From positions 1,008,910-1,072,909 of the forward strand of contig JBNZDD010013635.1 in the NCBI GenBank assembly GCA_050575255.1: a stretch of 64,000 bases of DNA. The letters run 5' to 3'. Source of the DNA: Harriotta raleighana (lineage: Eukaryota). Positions 23,971-36,990 of this stretch are shown here, one piece after another. The notes under the pieces were generated by a model. It ran no database searches and was not told the DNA's origin. It was given only the letters and a program-made list of their open reading frames with translations. A program made the translations under genes and the position numbers. Within the stretch, counting starts at the first letter, position 1, and each line of letters begins with the position of its first letter.

Positions 23971-26665
23971 TTCACATCTGTTACAAAGCAGGTACAATTT
24001 TCTTAAAGTATATAATAATGGATACTTAACATAATAGAGGATCTACACTTAAAAGAGTAGGGCCATTGATGATGAGGATGGATAAGCAGAATTCACATAT
24101 ACTGTATATTATTCTGATTTTTACAAACATTGTGTTAATAATACTTGCATAAAATAATTCAATGGTTAGTCATATGAGATTATATTATTGATATGTTGTC
24201 TCTAATACACTAATAACTGTTTAGCTTTTACATCAAGGTATTTATGACAGTTCAATAGAGTATATTTGATCATAAAAACAACTGAATACCTGACAGTATC
24301 GACAGATTTACTGTGAATGGTTATGTTTAAAGCATTCTGTTTCAACTATTTCCTGACAAGTCTATTCTAGTAGCTAAGCCTAAAGGGGTTGAGATGCTAA
24401 CTCCCCACTGACTACAGTATTTGCTTCCTTTAGTCCGCTCATTTTTTTTTGCTGGGTTTCAAGGAGAAATGTCACATAATAATGTTCCTTCTGGATCTAC
24501 CAATAAACTAACCTTAAAATCTTGCCTTGCCTCAATTGGATCTCCTTCAGGCCACTCATGAATTACCATTGTTAGTTACCAGGAAGAAGCCAGTGTTGAA
24601 AACAGTCTGTTCAGCACTGTAGCAAAGCCCTCAGGTGCCTCAGTTGGCTGAGCTCATTAGTTTTAACTAGGCACTTGATGAAGCATTTTGCAGCAAAGCT
24701 TGGTTTGAATCTAACAAAAAATTCCATTCAATGAATCAATTTCATGAGGTTGAGATGCTGACTCTCCACTGAGATCCAATATTAAATTGTTTATCAACCT
24801 GAATTTTCCTCAATATAACACTAAATAGAAAAAGGGCTCAAATGAAGATTTTATCAAAGCTGTTCTCTCGCAGCTAAAATAGCATTCAAAACTTTAAAGC
24901 TATGTTATATTCTTGAATATAGCAGACGCAGCTCTTGAAAGGAAAATAATGTACAGAAGATCCGTAGTTAAATGGATGAATGTACAAACCTGCATTTGAT
25001 GCATGCAAAGATTACCAGGTCATCAAGCTGAGGATTGAAAGGGAATGAAGAGACAGCGAGTTTGTGTGATGTAATGTTAAGCCTCAATGCATACCTAATT
25101 TACAACTTATCCCATGAAACTCGAGAGGAGCTGAGATTTCAAATGGAAGTTCAATGCTTCGATCTAATCCTGCTTTCCAGGATGGAGAAGGCTTTGTTAT
25201 GCTAAAGTAAACAAAAGTGACATTTAATTAAAGGAAATCCTTCCTTTTCTGAGAGTCGAGGGTTCCTAACTATTATCCAGCGAACCCAGGCCTAGCAACC
25301 ATTTGAATAGAGAGACCAATAACTGTGTTCAAATAATTTAGTTAATTGGTCTTGAACCTGCGGTCAGGCCCCTGTAGTCAGACTCTCAAATGATTGTTTT
25401 AGACTAGCTTTCTCTACTTTCGGAGAATAAAATATTTCCTTAGAAAGCAGCAACTAGTTTTTTATACCAGTGATGGTGCTGTGTTTTAATTGGATTACTT
25501 GTGTCCATTGAGATATTAGCTTGGTAGGTGTTGAATAGTCCCCCAGAATATGCCATTTAGGGTCCTGGCAGCCAAAGAACTCAATTTGTGCTTCATTTTA
25601 AGCTATAAAGCACAAGGGACTTTACTGCAGTGAATGGACAAGTCCCAAACAGAAATCCAAGATGATCCTAATTTTCTCAGGCTCCCGATAAATGGCCTTA
25701 TTTTAATTCCACTACGTACAAACCCCACCAGAGGAGGGAAGAGTCTTTTAATGGAAACCTGAGAGTGGTGACACATTCTTGTTTAATGACACATCGGAAG
25801 TTTTATGTTACAAAGTGTTGGAGAAGGATTTGGAAATCTGCTTTGTGCACCTGTCCCACAGGACCACTGAATAACATCCACTGAGTGCATCACAAGTAGG
25901 GGTCAAGGCAACAGTCTGACTGCTAAGCCTATATCACCAGAATTTCTGTAGTGAATATCTTACCTGGACAGACTGATGACTTGCATCCAACTCTTGCTAG
26001 ATTGCTTTTCCTTCCATTTCTCTATCCCTCCATGTTCACGAGCTGCTTTGCTTCCACTCACTGCCCACTTGTTTATTGACCTGAAACCACAAAATGTGCC
26101 TTGTGTGTACCTAAGAGTTTTAAGCACAGATCTGTCTGCAACACATAACTTCTACTATTTGTGCTACTGTGTATTTCTCTTCTTTTGACCATATATTCTC
26201 CTGGTTTTTAAAACAAAAAACAGCAAAAGTACAACTATCAGTCTCACCATAGCAAAAGGGATAGTACAAATTGCTACTGGCTAGTGTAATTTGTATGTAG
26301 ATTACACGTTATGAAGTGTGCTGTAGCCGGAATAGTCTTACAGGAGCATTATGGTTTAATAACGGACACTAATATGAGTTTAGGTTTGTATTTTCTCCTG
26401 TAATGGGCTTTGCCACTGATTGGAAAGGGATTTTCTCTCCTCCTAACGGAATAGAAATCATCAATGTACCTAAATCTGTCTTCACTGTTTGTTTCACTGG
26501 AACTTGTCTGATACATTAGAGTCAAATCTAATTACGCCAAATCTGTTTTTACCAAAGCGTCTTGATATATCAATTTTTAAAAAGTAATCGGACAGAACAA
26601 ATGGCTAGTAAACCCCATGGAAAATTTCTATTCAACTGCGGATTTTGCTGGAGAAAAGGGGTTCC

Positions 26666-26800
26666 ATTGGCATTGTGTTGCCATGGAGACCATTATAAAG
26701 CACTGATTGGTGTCCCATTCTCTCCTGAATAAAACTGTCACTGGCTTTGAAGTTGCTATGGAAATATACCTCTTTCCATGCAAAATAGCTGTCAGATGGT
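26666..26800. promoter_or_regulatory. Candidate intronic enhancer motif cluster (RFX X-boxes, SOX, NF-Y, TALE, E-box)
   Basis: CATTGT 26671-26676, GTTGCCATGGAGAC 26677-26690, CTGATTGG 26703-26710, GTTGCTATGGAAAT 26752-26765 and CTGTCAGATGG about 26789-26799, in repeat-free sequence. Confidence 0.4.
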
Positions 26801-27808
26801 TCTTCAAGAGACGCTTTGTAGAGAGTGGTTCACAACAAAGCATTTCCACGTTGATAAGCTTATGTATGTATGACGGGAGCAGCTAGATGAACTGGGATAG
26901 ATATAGCTTCATCAGGGAAATATCACTGGACTGTTACTGCTGGAGGCAAGCACTTACTCCCGTGAGACAACCCCACTAAAAACCAGCCATTGCATAGCCA
27001 ACCGTTGCACAGCGACAGAAATAATTGTGAACAGGAATACAAGATGAATATTTCATGTTGAATTATTACAGTAAAATGTGTGGCATAAATTCCACATATG
27101 TAATCCACCTAAATTGCTATAGTTTACTGTGGAAAATGTAAAAAAGGTTGCTTACGTAAATGACTATATCTCGGCATTACAGGCAGATTAACCTTTTGAA
27201 GAGAGATTGTTCTCTCAGAGAGGAGTTTTGTCTGCATTGCAGAAGCTACCACAAATGGATTCTATGGAAGGTTTGAGTTGCTGAAGGGTGCTGTTGCCTA
27301 CCATCTACCAGCAGTCCAGCTGAGTTCAGCAGAGGCAGGATCTATCTAGCTTTGCATGGCTTTGTGCATGGTGCACTAACTGCAAACCATCGGGAAGTTA
27401 TTCGAAGATTATCACTGAGTCTGTCACTGATCACTGGCACCACCGATCTTTTGATTGCACAGAATAGAAAATCTTGTACTCCATTATGAACATACAACAA
27501 AAAACATTGGCTGTGTTAGAGATTGGCAGTTGACAGAGCCTGCTGTGTTGATTGCATCTGGGGGTAATTTCAGATCAGATTTCTTGTCAGAGCATTGATT
27601 TTTATTAGATGAAAGGGTTAAAATTCTGATGTATTTAACTCCAGTGGGTCAGAGCAATACACTTCCCCTTTCTATGAAGAGTGACTTCTGTATTTCCAAC
27701 TCAGATTTGCTATTGATGACTCATTGTTTGAATGCTTCATTTTCAACCTTAGCCCTGGAAAAAAACAATCTGATGCAAAACCAACTTAATATGTTAGAAT
27801 TCTATATC

Positions 27809-27888
27809 ATCATAGAATCATAGAAGGTTACTGCACAGAAGGAGGCCATTCGGCCCATCGAGTCTATGCCGGCTCTTTGACAGAGCAA
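27809..27888 (-). mobile_element. CR1 3' UTR fragment
   Basis: TCATAGAATCATAGAA...GGAGGCCATTCGGCCCATCGAGTCT is the reverse complement of the CR1 tail. Confidence 0.85.
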
Positions 27889-28793
27889 CGTCACTTTTAT
27901 TAACCCCAATCACCATGTATTGCAGTTTCTATTGAATTGAATGGAGAGACAAGGTTGTTCATATCCACAAGTGATCATTGAGACAATTTAAAGGCAATGC
28001 TTTATTCCTCATCTCTGGATTGAATCTCTTCAAGCAACTTGCAGAAATCTTGACCCATCATCTTTGATGTGACTTATGAGGTGACTTGGTGTTACTGAGT
28101 TCCTGCAACTTGGAAATTCAGAAGCAGATTGATTATAAGTTCTCCAGTGGAGGAGTCTTCATAATTGAAGCCAATGTGAGAAGTGTGGCTGGCTGATGGT
28201 CTAACCACACCTGTCGCTTTCTATTTGTAATTTAGGAAGTTAACACCACTTATCAAACATATAATTGTCCCAGTTAACAGAGAAGTTATTTTTCTTTCCA
28301 ACTCTCTCTCTCTCTCACACATGCACACACTCTCATTGTAACAAAATCCTCAGAATCAGATGAAGGCAGCAGAAGGCGATGTAAAGGACTATTAGTCCCC
28401 AGACACCGAGCGGCGAGATAGGAGCTCTGCCAAGTGCTTTTGTTCATCTTAAAAAAGCTCCTAAATGTCAAAATACGCACATCAGATCTAAAACCATTTT
28501 GAATCCCATGTAATCAGCATGGGTGTTAGATCAGATCAATTGGATGGTGTATCATCCCCTTTCAGTGTCGTTAAATGGATTTTTATTAAATAATGACTTT
28601 GTTCTCTGCTGTACATGCAAACTGTTCTGCATTGGGTGTAATCTGGAATCGCTATTAAGAGAGAACTTGCACTGAAGAGCACTCGCTTATCTTTAACTTC
28701 CCACTCTGCACTGCCAGCAACTCTTATAGGAAACATAAGAAGTTCAAAGCATGAAGGAAGGTTTAAGCAAAGCATTATCTATACTGTACATGT

Positions 28794-28932
28794 ACATATA
28801 AGAACATGAGAAATAGGAGCATGAATAGGCCATTCAGCCCCTGGAGCCTTCTCTGCCATTTAATAAAATCATGGCTGATCTTCTAACCTAATTCCATTTA
28901 CCAGCCCTTTCCCCATATCCCTTAATCCCTCT
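28794..28932 (-). mobile_element. CR1 (second family) 3' fragment
   Basis: ATAAGAACATGAGAAATAGGAGC...GGCCATTCAGCCC...ATCATGGCTGATC...CCCCATATCCCTTAATCCC, matching the 3' end of the copy at 29638. Confidence 0.85.
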
Positions 28933-29637
28933 ATCCTTTAGAAAACACTTACACACACAGGAAAGCCAAGAATTTTACAGACCCAGACTCTAAAATGTAG
29001 CTTGTACTGGTATCCTTCACCCTGACAGAAACTTAATTAATCATTGACAAAATATAGGCTGAGACTGTTTACATGCTACTAAATCAAAACTTAGTAAACT
29101 TTACCAATGTTAGCTAAATTTAAACACAGAACATTCATAAATGATCAGTTGAAATGTTACAATAATCTTTGAATTTGATATAACACCTAATCACGTTTTG
29201 AGACATCTCAAAGCATGTCACAGAAAATACAGTAAAGTAAATTGACTGTATATTTTGTAGGCAACACTGTTATGAATTAGCTCTCAAGTTTGAAAGAATA
29301 TTTCAGTGCGTTTCCACAAGCGGGACCTGCATTGAGAATTGAATGCAATTTTTCTCTCTCTCGAATCATTCTCTGGAACTGAGTCTGTCTCTGGGTTCAT
29401 GTGATTATTATAGGGATTTTTATTAATGATTTTTTGCTTCAATTTAAATTCAGCTGGGCACTGCAGCAAGGACTTTGGAGACTACTGTTAAGCTTCTTTT
29501 AGCAATGTGAGATCAATGACATTTCGAGTCTAATGACTCTCCAGTTGATATTGCAGATCCTACAAAATAAACACATGTAAAGAATATAATTCAAACTAAG
29601 AACATTTTTAAAAACTGTTGATTTCTATGAAACACTT

Positions 29638-30570
29638 ACATAAGAACTTAAGAACATGTGAATTAGGAGCAGGAATAGGCCATTCGGCCCCTCAAGCCTG
29701 CCCCGTCATTCAGTAAGATCATGGCTGATCTATTCTAACTCCACCTACTCACCTTATCCCCATATCCCTTAATCCCTTTATTCACAAGAAATCTATCAAT
29801 CTCAGTCTTGAATATGTTCAAGGACTGAGCATCTACAGCCCTTTGGGATAGAGAATTCCATAAATTCACTACCCTCTGAGTGAAGGAAGTTTTTAAACTT
29901 CATCTGCCACCGACTTGCTCACTCACCTAGCCTATCTATATCGCATTGCATTTTTTAAATGTCATCCTCAGTGTTTATTCTCCCTCCTAGTTTAGTGTCA
30001 TCTGTGAATTTGGATATTTTAAGTTTGATGTCCTCATCTAGATTGTTGATTTTTTTTGATTGATTGATTGATTGATGTAGATTGTAAATAGTTGAGACCC
30101 AAGCATTGATCCTTGTGGCACTCCATTAGTTACATCCTGCCAATCTGAGAAGGACCTGTTTATCCCTACTCTTTGTTTTCTTCCGATTAGCCATTCTTCA
30201 ATCTATGCTAATATATTCCCCTTAATTCCATGGGCACTTATCTTGTGGATCAACCTTTTATGCAGCACCTAATCGAATGCCTTTTGGAAATCTAAATACA
30301 CTACATCTTCCAATTCCCCCCTATCTAATCTAGTTGATATGTCCTCAAAATATCTAAAAGATTTATTAAGCATGACTTCCCTGTTGTAAAGCCATGTTGA
30401 TTTTGTCTAATCATATTGTGATCCTCTAAGTACCCCACTATGACATCCTTAATTAAGGATTCAAGAATTTTCTCAACCACCGATGTCAGACTAACTGGTT
30501 TATAGTTCCCCATCTTTTCTCTCCCACCCTTCTTAAATAGTGGTATGATCTTCCAATCAATGGGAATTCA
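29638..30570 (-). mobile_element. CR1 LINE (second family), decayed RT fragment with a large internal deletion
   Basis: The minus strand encodes GNYKPVSLTSVVEKILES..NQHGFTTGKSCLINL, DVVYLDFQKAFD, VTNGVPQGSMLG, KFTDDTKL and WQMKF. Near 29890 it jumps to the ORF2 end, the 3' UTR and a (TTCTTATG)-like tail. Stops and frameshifts are present. Confidence 0.92.
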
Positions 30571-31429
30571 ACTTGTGTATGTTAACAATCATTTCCTCAG
30601 CGCTTATTCTACCCGGAAATACCGGTATCATCGTCCATCGTCCACTTCTCATAATAAATCCATTAGGTGCTGTGCGGGAACAAAAATAGTTATTTATCAT
30701 CTCATCAAAAATCTGCATTCGTGTTCTCTGTTTCTACAGCTTTTGTTTTTTTTGCATTTCTGAATTTACAGTCAAAATAAAACGTCCACAGCTTGTTCAC
30801 TTTACTGCAGTGAGCACATAGGACTATAACCCTGCGTGTATGAAATGATGTGATTTTCTACTTGATAATTCATTGCTTCGTAGTTGATTCCATTCCCATA
30901 AACATCACAAAATTCAGCAATAAAACACTAAGTCTAATGCATCTTGACTTGCTTTCTATATTCAACATTTCTTTTTATCTTGCATTAGTAATATATACCC
31001 AACATGAAAGGTGCTTTAGAAATGTAATTTTGTTGACGTTGTTGTTGATATACCTGCTTACTACAATGATAGCTGAGATACTTATAGACGATTTGTCTCA
31101 AAAAATGTGGTCTGTTTCTGAGACCTAGTCTACCCCACAAACTGTATTTATATATGTGCAACAAAACAAAATGCATTATGAACCTGGTTTGACCTATGTC
31201 CATTTGAATATGGTTGACAGCAACCCACAACATTTTGAGTCAATACTACGGCGATGTATTCCTGGCAATTCCTCCATCGGAGAGAGCACTTCACACACGT
31301 TGAGTAAATTAAGCAAATTATAAATATTTCAGATTGAAGATATTTTCTGGATCAAATCTAGCATTCTGTCTATTACAAACTTATAGCTTTTTATGAGTTC
31401 CATGTACTCTATTATATTTGTATTCCAAC

Positions 31430-31535
31430 CATGATCAGCTAACCCAGCAGGGACTGGGAGATCAAAGCTGGAACCTCTGGCTCTGTATGACTTAGTTTTA
31501 CACTTGCCAGTGGTTTCATTGACTGAGTCATGCTG
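31430..31535 (-). mobile_element. 5' head of the old SINE-like family
   Basis: GATCAGCTAACCCAGCAGGGACTGGGAGATCAAAGCTGGAACCT...ACTGAGTCAT resembles 3890-3925. Confidence 0.5.
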
Positions 31536-32319
31536 AAAACCTGTTAATTCTTATTTCTATAACCAGACTCAGTATGTAAGGATAAGCGTTAAGTGCCTTT
31601 ATGTGTAACTAAGCTATTATGGACATTGTTATGGAAAAAAACAACGTCATTGCCACACCACTCTACTTAAATAAGGCTGATGCCTTCACGTCAGTTGCTC
31701 TTGGCTTAATGAATGAATACTGAGTGCTCAAATTGGGAGAATAATGGCCCCATGAGATAATATTACAGTAATTAAACAGTGATAAGACTACCATTAGTCC
31801 TCGCTAATCTTATGCACAAAATTTTGGCCATCTAACAAACAAAATGAGTCCCTCATAATGAGAGAGGCGCAGTTCGAGATCCTAAACTAAGCATATCCTC
31901 TCCCCACAAGATCCAACAATTCCACTCATCATTGCCCAGTAATTGTTGGCATAACTGCAGCCAAACTGTCACATTTCTGAACATATTCTGCTTCATGCCA
32001 CATATTTGACCTGCTGGATTGAGATTTGGATTGCAACTAGACCCATGATGACCTTGACAGCTTCAGACACTCATTCTGCTGCCAGCCAGCAGGACAGGGA
32101 GGACCTCTGCTCTGCCTGGGGGGCTTGCCCACTTGTCACCACTCGCCGAGAATAGATATAAACCCCAGCTATGGTGCAACCCACACAAATAATAAATTAG
32201 ATTAAAAACAAAGCATAGGCAAGTCGATAAAGCATTACAAAGAATAGTTCTCGGTGGTTTAAGAAGAAGTTTGAGTTTTACTGGTATTTGAAGCTATCAA
32301 AAGCTTCACACTGTCCAAT

Positions 32320-32710
32320 ATCATACTAATCCATAGAGAAGAGAAAGGTTCCAGGTTTGATAATCTCCTGTTACTACATTAGATGATCTCAGTCAGAACT
32401 GCAATAGAAGCACCAAAGCTGGCCTCAGCACCACTCAGCTATTGAGAAACAAATCGGGATTCCCTGCTGCTAATGCGATGCAGTGAACCAGTGTTAGAAA
32501 GTAGATGTGCACAGACATCAGAACAGGACCATCAAGTGAGGACATGACTGTGATGCCTTCCACAGTGAGAACATTTACAAGCACTCACTGTGTCGGCTCA
32601 CATCTAAAGAATTGTCATTTGGGTGATGTAAAGGACTGCTGCCTCTGCCAGAGAAACTTTACTTAACATAAGTCACTGCTTTTAGATGAGGTGGCAAAAA
32701 AGGGAACAAA
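32320..32710 (+). mobile_element. Old SINE-like repeat, most complete copy in the window
   Basis: AAGGTTCCAGGTTTGAT...TGATCTCAG...TGGCCTCAGCACC...CTGTGATGCC...CACTCACTGTGTCGGCTCACA...AAGAATTGTCATTTGGG; related to 3130-3930, 49960-50100 and 52330-53015. Confidence 0.6.
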
Positions 32711-35700
32711 TGGATTGAACGACAAAAAATCACAATGTTCTTAAAGCATTATTTAACACATTAGTAAAGTATGATTAACCACTGGAGTATTGTGTTATTA
32801 ATCTGTTAAATTAACAGTAGTTTGCCCCTTACCAATTAGTTCACTAAATCTTTACTCAGCGGTTTGTTCGCTAATTGAAGAGTCATTGCCTCCCTCCTAG
32901 TTGCTATTTATTAAATGGCACTTCCAGTCAAGTCCAGCAAAAAACAGCTTCACTGTGTGTCTGACAGACTCAGTGCCATAATTCATGCACACAAAGAAGA
33001 CCATGAATACACACAGCACGTATTACACAATCAAATAAATAGTTGCGTTTGTGGTTTCTAGCTACTTTCTCCCTCTCCAAAAACATACAACACAGGACAT
33101 TAGTTCTAAAAGCTATTGATTGGCAAAAGCTAGACTGACTCACTGAGGCATTAATATTTAATCAGCGTCTCCCGTACAGGAGAATGCGATTGGAGACATT
33201 TCAAGTTTTTGTGCAGCCAAGTGCTAACCCTTTGTGAGATCTTAGTTTAGTTTGCATAATTGATTAGTGCAACTTGGTCTGTGTGAAGAGAAGTCTTGAT
33301 TGATGAGACATGCCTGTGACACTGAATCTTATTTTTTCAAAGCCAGCACAAGCTTAGCTAAGAGACGCAGCACCTTTTCTGAGATGTGTTTATAGTTGCA
33401 TGACTGTATGCTTGCTTGATTTGATTCAAAAGTCATTGCAAAATACCCCCCTCTCACCACCACCGTCATTGCTCATACACAAAACCAAAAGGAAGTGAGG
33501 ATATTTGTCTTGTCATTCAAAAATCCATTTAGCATCTGCAGCAAATTTTGTTCTCTGTGGAGCTTCAAGAAGCTGGCACAGCTTGAATTGAATTTTTTCC
33601 ATCCTGTATCCTGTGTGGCTTTTGCCTGTTTAAAAGCTTTATCAAATAATACATGGATGCTGCTGACTGTCGTCAAGAGAAGCTCTAAAATATCTGCTGG
33701 AGATTACACAAAAGTGTTCAAAGACTTCCTAGTGAAGCTCATACCTCCGCCTAATGCAATCATTAAAGAGGTAGACGAGAAATCTGATTTTAAATACAAG
33801 AAGGAAGCTCACAGTTTGGATTAACTCAAAGATCCCTTCGGGTTTCTCCTCATAGTGTGGAATATTTTTTTCACTTTGAGGAGTCTTGTTAGGTGACCTT
33901 GGCAGGTGAACTGACTGGGAATTGTTACTGATAACTAACTGCAGCTTGAGGGAATTGAATTGACACATTGAAGTAGGATTGTCAGCATGTCAGCATTGTG
34001 CTATTGGTACAGCTCTCTCACTTTGGAGGGTGGGGAGGGTGGTGGGGAGGCAGTTGGGGTTGGTTGGAAATAACTTATTTTTTTAACAGAACATTTTTTT
34101 TCCCTGCAAGACACAATAACATTACCCAAGGGAAGTTCCGGACGCTGCAATTAATAATCGAGGTGGGAAGAAATTTTCCAAAACCAAGCTGGAAAATGCG
34201 AGGGCGGGGAAGGGAAGCAAAATGAATCTCCTTCAATGCCAATTAAATCCGGCAAATTGTTCAACCAATTGATGCAACAGATATCACTGATCAAGTCTTC
34301 TCTAACAGTGTTGTAATTTGAGAACCTGTTGAAAGTTAACACCTCGGAAAAGCAATCTGAATGGTTTGCAGTGCAACATTCCCTGCGAGAAGGAGAAGCA
34401 GTAGCGCTCTGGTGATTTCTGTATTAATTAATGGTGGAAAAGAGAGAGGAACCATCCAAACCCTAACATAGCTACTACCGGCAGTCTCTGACAACAGGAG
34501 GAGTTTTCCGTCTATCCTTAATGTTTCCTGGATATGTGGAGGAGGTATTGGGAAGAAGATTAAATCCATCACCAAGATTGGAATTGATCTCAAATCTCTT
34601 GATCACTTAAGGCTCTCACTGAAGATGCCATTGGATTCAGTTATTGATTCGTGTTCTGACCTGCACCTCTCTGTGTTGCATTGCATTCCCATTAAAGGGC
34701 ACCAAGCTCCCACCCCACCCCACCATTGTCTATGTAGGTGAAAATATTCAAACAGAGTAAAAAATGATGTGTGTCTTATTATTTGGTCCTGGCAAATTCT
34801 CACACAGTTGCCTGGCACATCTTTTGGATTATAGTCACAGAAACCTTTCTGTTATTCCCCAAGTAAGAATAATCCTTGCATTTTAATCTAATGCCACCTC
34901 GTCCAAACATCTCAAAATTTGTCACAGGATTTGCTACTATTATTAATTGTTGTACAAATTGAGAATTACTGAATTGCTCACAAAACCCCAATATTTACAA
35001 GTTTTCAAGGCAGAGTACATTCTAAAGGTGTTGAGAATCATCCATCTCCTCACCCAAATGGTTGTTCTTCTTGTACAAATCTGGATACCACGTATCAGTA
35101 GGTTATTCAACGACAAGAGATGATCCAGCAATATTTAACTTTACTTGTGTTTAAACTACCAACAATTTCCATCAGCATTGAGAACTGCCAGGGTCACTGT
35201 AGGAGTGGAAACCTTAGCTGAGTATATTCCCCATTTCCAACCTAAGGACATTGAGTTTGGCTCTCCTTGCGGAGTGGCACACCACAAAGCCCATTAACCC
35301 AGGAAGCTTGAAACACTATAGGAATGTATTTTATGCTCATCAGTAAATTTACGGAATTGGAAAATTTCATTATTAGTTTACGCCACCAGGTTTGCTAAAT
35401 GACAAAGCAGATAATTAGTTTTATCAGTTTTTAAAAAAAATGTGAATCTGAAATCTAGTACTAGTTTTCTCACCCTACTGTTTAAAAATTACGCTGTTTA
35501 ATAAGATTTACAATATTGTGCTGTTGAATCAAAACTTTTTTAAAAATCTCAGCCAAGCACTATATTTAACACCAAAGCTTTTCTATTGGGTTTACAGTCA
35601 GCACTTTCTATCTTGTCACAGAAACTATGTTGGCAGGATGCCTTTCAACTGGAGGAATAGGAAGTATAAATCAAACACTCTTGGCTGTTTTGACAGGAAG

Positions 35701-36329
35701 CAATGAATCTGTGCTTCACCTGGGAAAAAAAAGACCATGCACTTTGTGAACAAGCAGATTGCACAGAATAGATGTCACTTGCATTGTTCAGTGGAAGTAC
35801 TCAGAATCTGTGCTGAGTGCCAAGCATTGAAAATAGATTTGGCATCTCACTGAGTGTCAGCTGTATGGCAGGGTGTGATTGAATGCAGATAATTTGACAG
35901 CGGTTTCATATCACAGGAGTACTTTTCCAGCAGGTGAAGAGATTGTTGAAAATTATGGTTTTGATAGTGGGAGTCTGCTGATTATCCAGTAAAGATAAAA
36001 TCCATCTAACTAACGATGACTTGTCTCAGTGGTATAATATCAAATGAAATCCACAAGTTTTTTGTTTAATTATTATTTACAATTCCAACTCCTAGAGATT
36101 AGAATTGAATAAGAAAAAGCATTCACTGAAGAGTCCTTCTTGGTAGGCACTATACAATACTGCGTAATTTTGAAAGCAACATGGCCATATATGAATATTA
36201 CACATATACAAATTGTACATATATATTGGTATTTCTTACAATAATTATCTTGCTCATTCTGCTTTGCAATTCAATTATCGACAATTTAAATACTGTAGTT
36301 CAGTGATAAACTGGATTAGATTACACATA

Positions 36330-36990
36330 CAGTTAACCCTCGTCAAAGGCGACTTTATCGATTGCAAATTCAAGTTTAAGAGATGAAACAAAAGCATCCC
36401 TGTTTTGTGCAGCGCGCGTAAAACTTGTGTATACGTGCTGGCTGGCCCCTGCACGCATGCGCACAGGTGAAGACGCCGATAGCTCCCAACTAAATCCGAT
36501 GATTCCTCGGCTGGTTGGTCCCACACGCCTGCGCATTTTTGAGAGGCCGGCAGATCCCGACTAAAGCCAAAGACCTGTGCGCAGTGCGTTCTGGGTAAAT
36601 AGAATAACGCTTCGGCCTCGGAGAATCGGAGAGTCTTATTGCGTAAACAGAAGAGACAGAGCGAGAGACAGGAATTGTACATCACTGTAGGCCAATCTAC
36701 CCTGTTATTTTATTGCTTTACTGCTTTGTTATCACTTTATTATAGCAATAAAGCGAAAACAAAGCTGCTGTAACCTTTCTGTGTCCCCAGGACTCTGCCC
36801 TCCGAGCGGCTCGCTGCCGCCCACCTCGCCGAGTTCCCCCCCACACCTCGCCTCCCCGAGTGCCCCCACGCTTCCAATCGGCTTGCTGCCCCTCACCTCG
36901 TCGAGTCCCCCCCCCACCCTGCCTTCAAGTGGCTCGCTGCCCCTCACCTTCCCCGAGTCCCCACTGCCTCCGATCGATGAGGGTTAACTG
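36330..36990 (-). mobile_element. Tigger/pogo-like MITE, copy 2 (inverted relative to copy 1, internally deleted)
   Basis: TA at 36328-36329 and 36991-36992; TIRs CAGTTAACCCTCGTCAA and TCGATGAGGGTTAACTG. The interior is the reverse complement of about 18114-18763. Confidence 0.92.
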
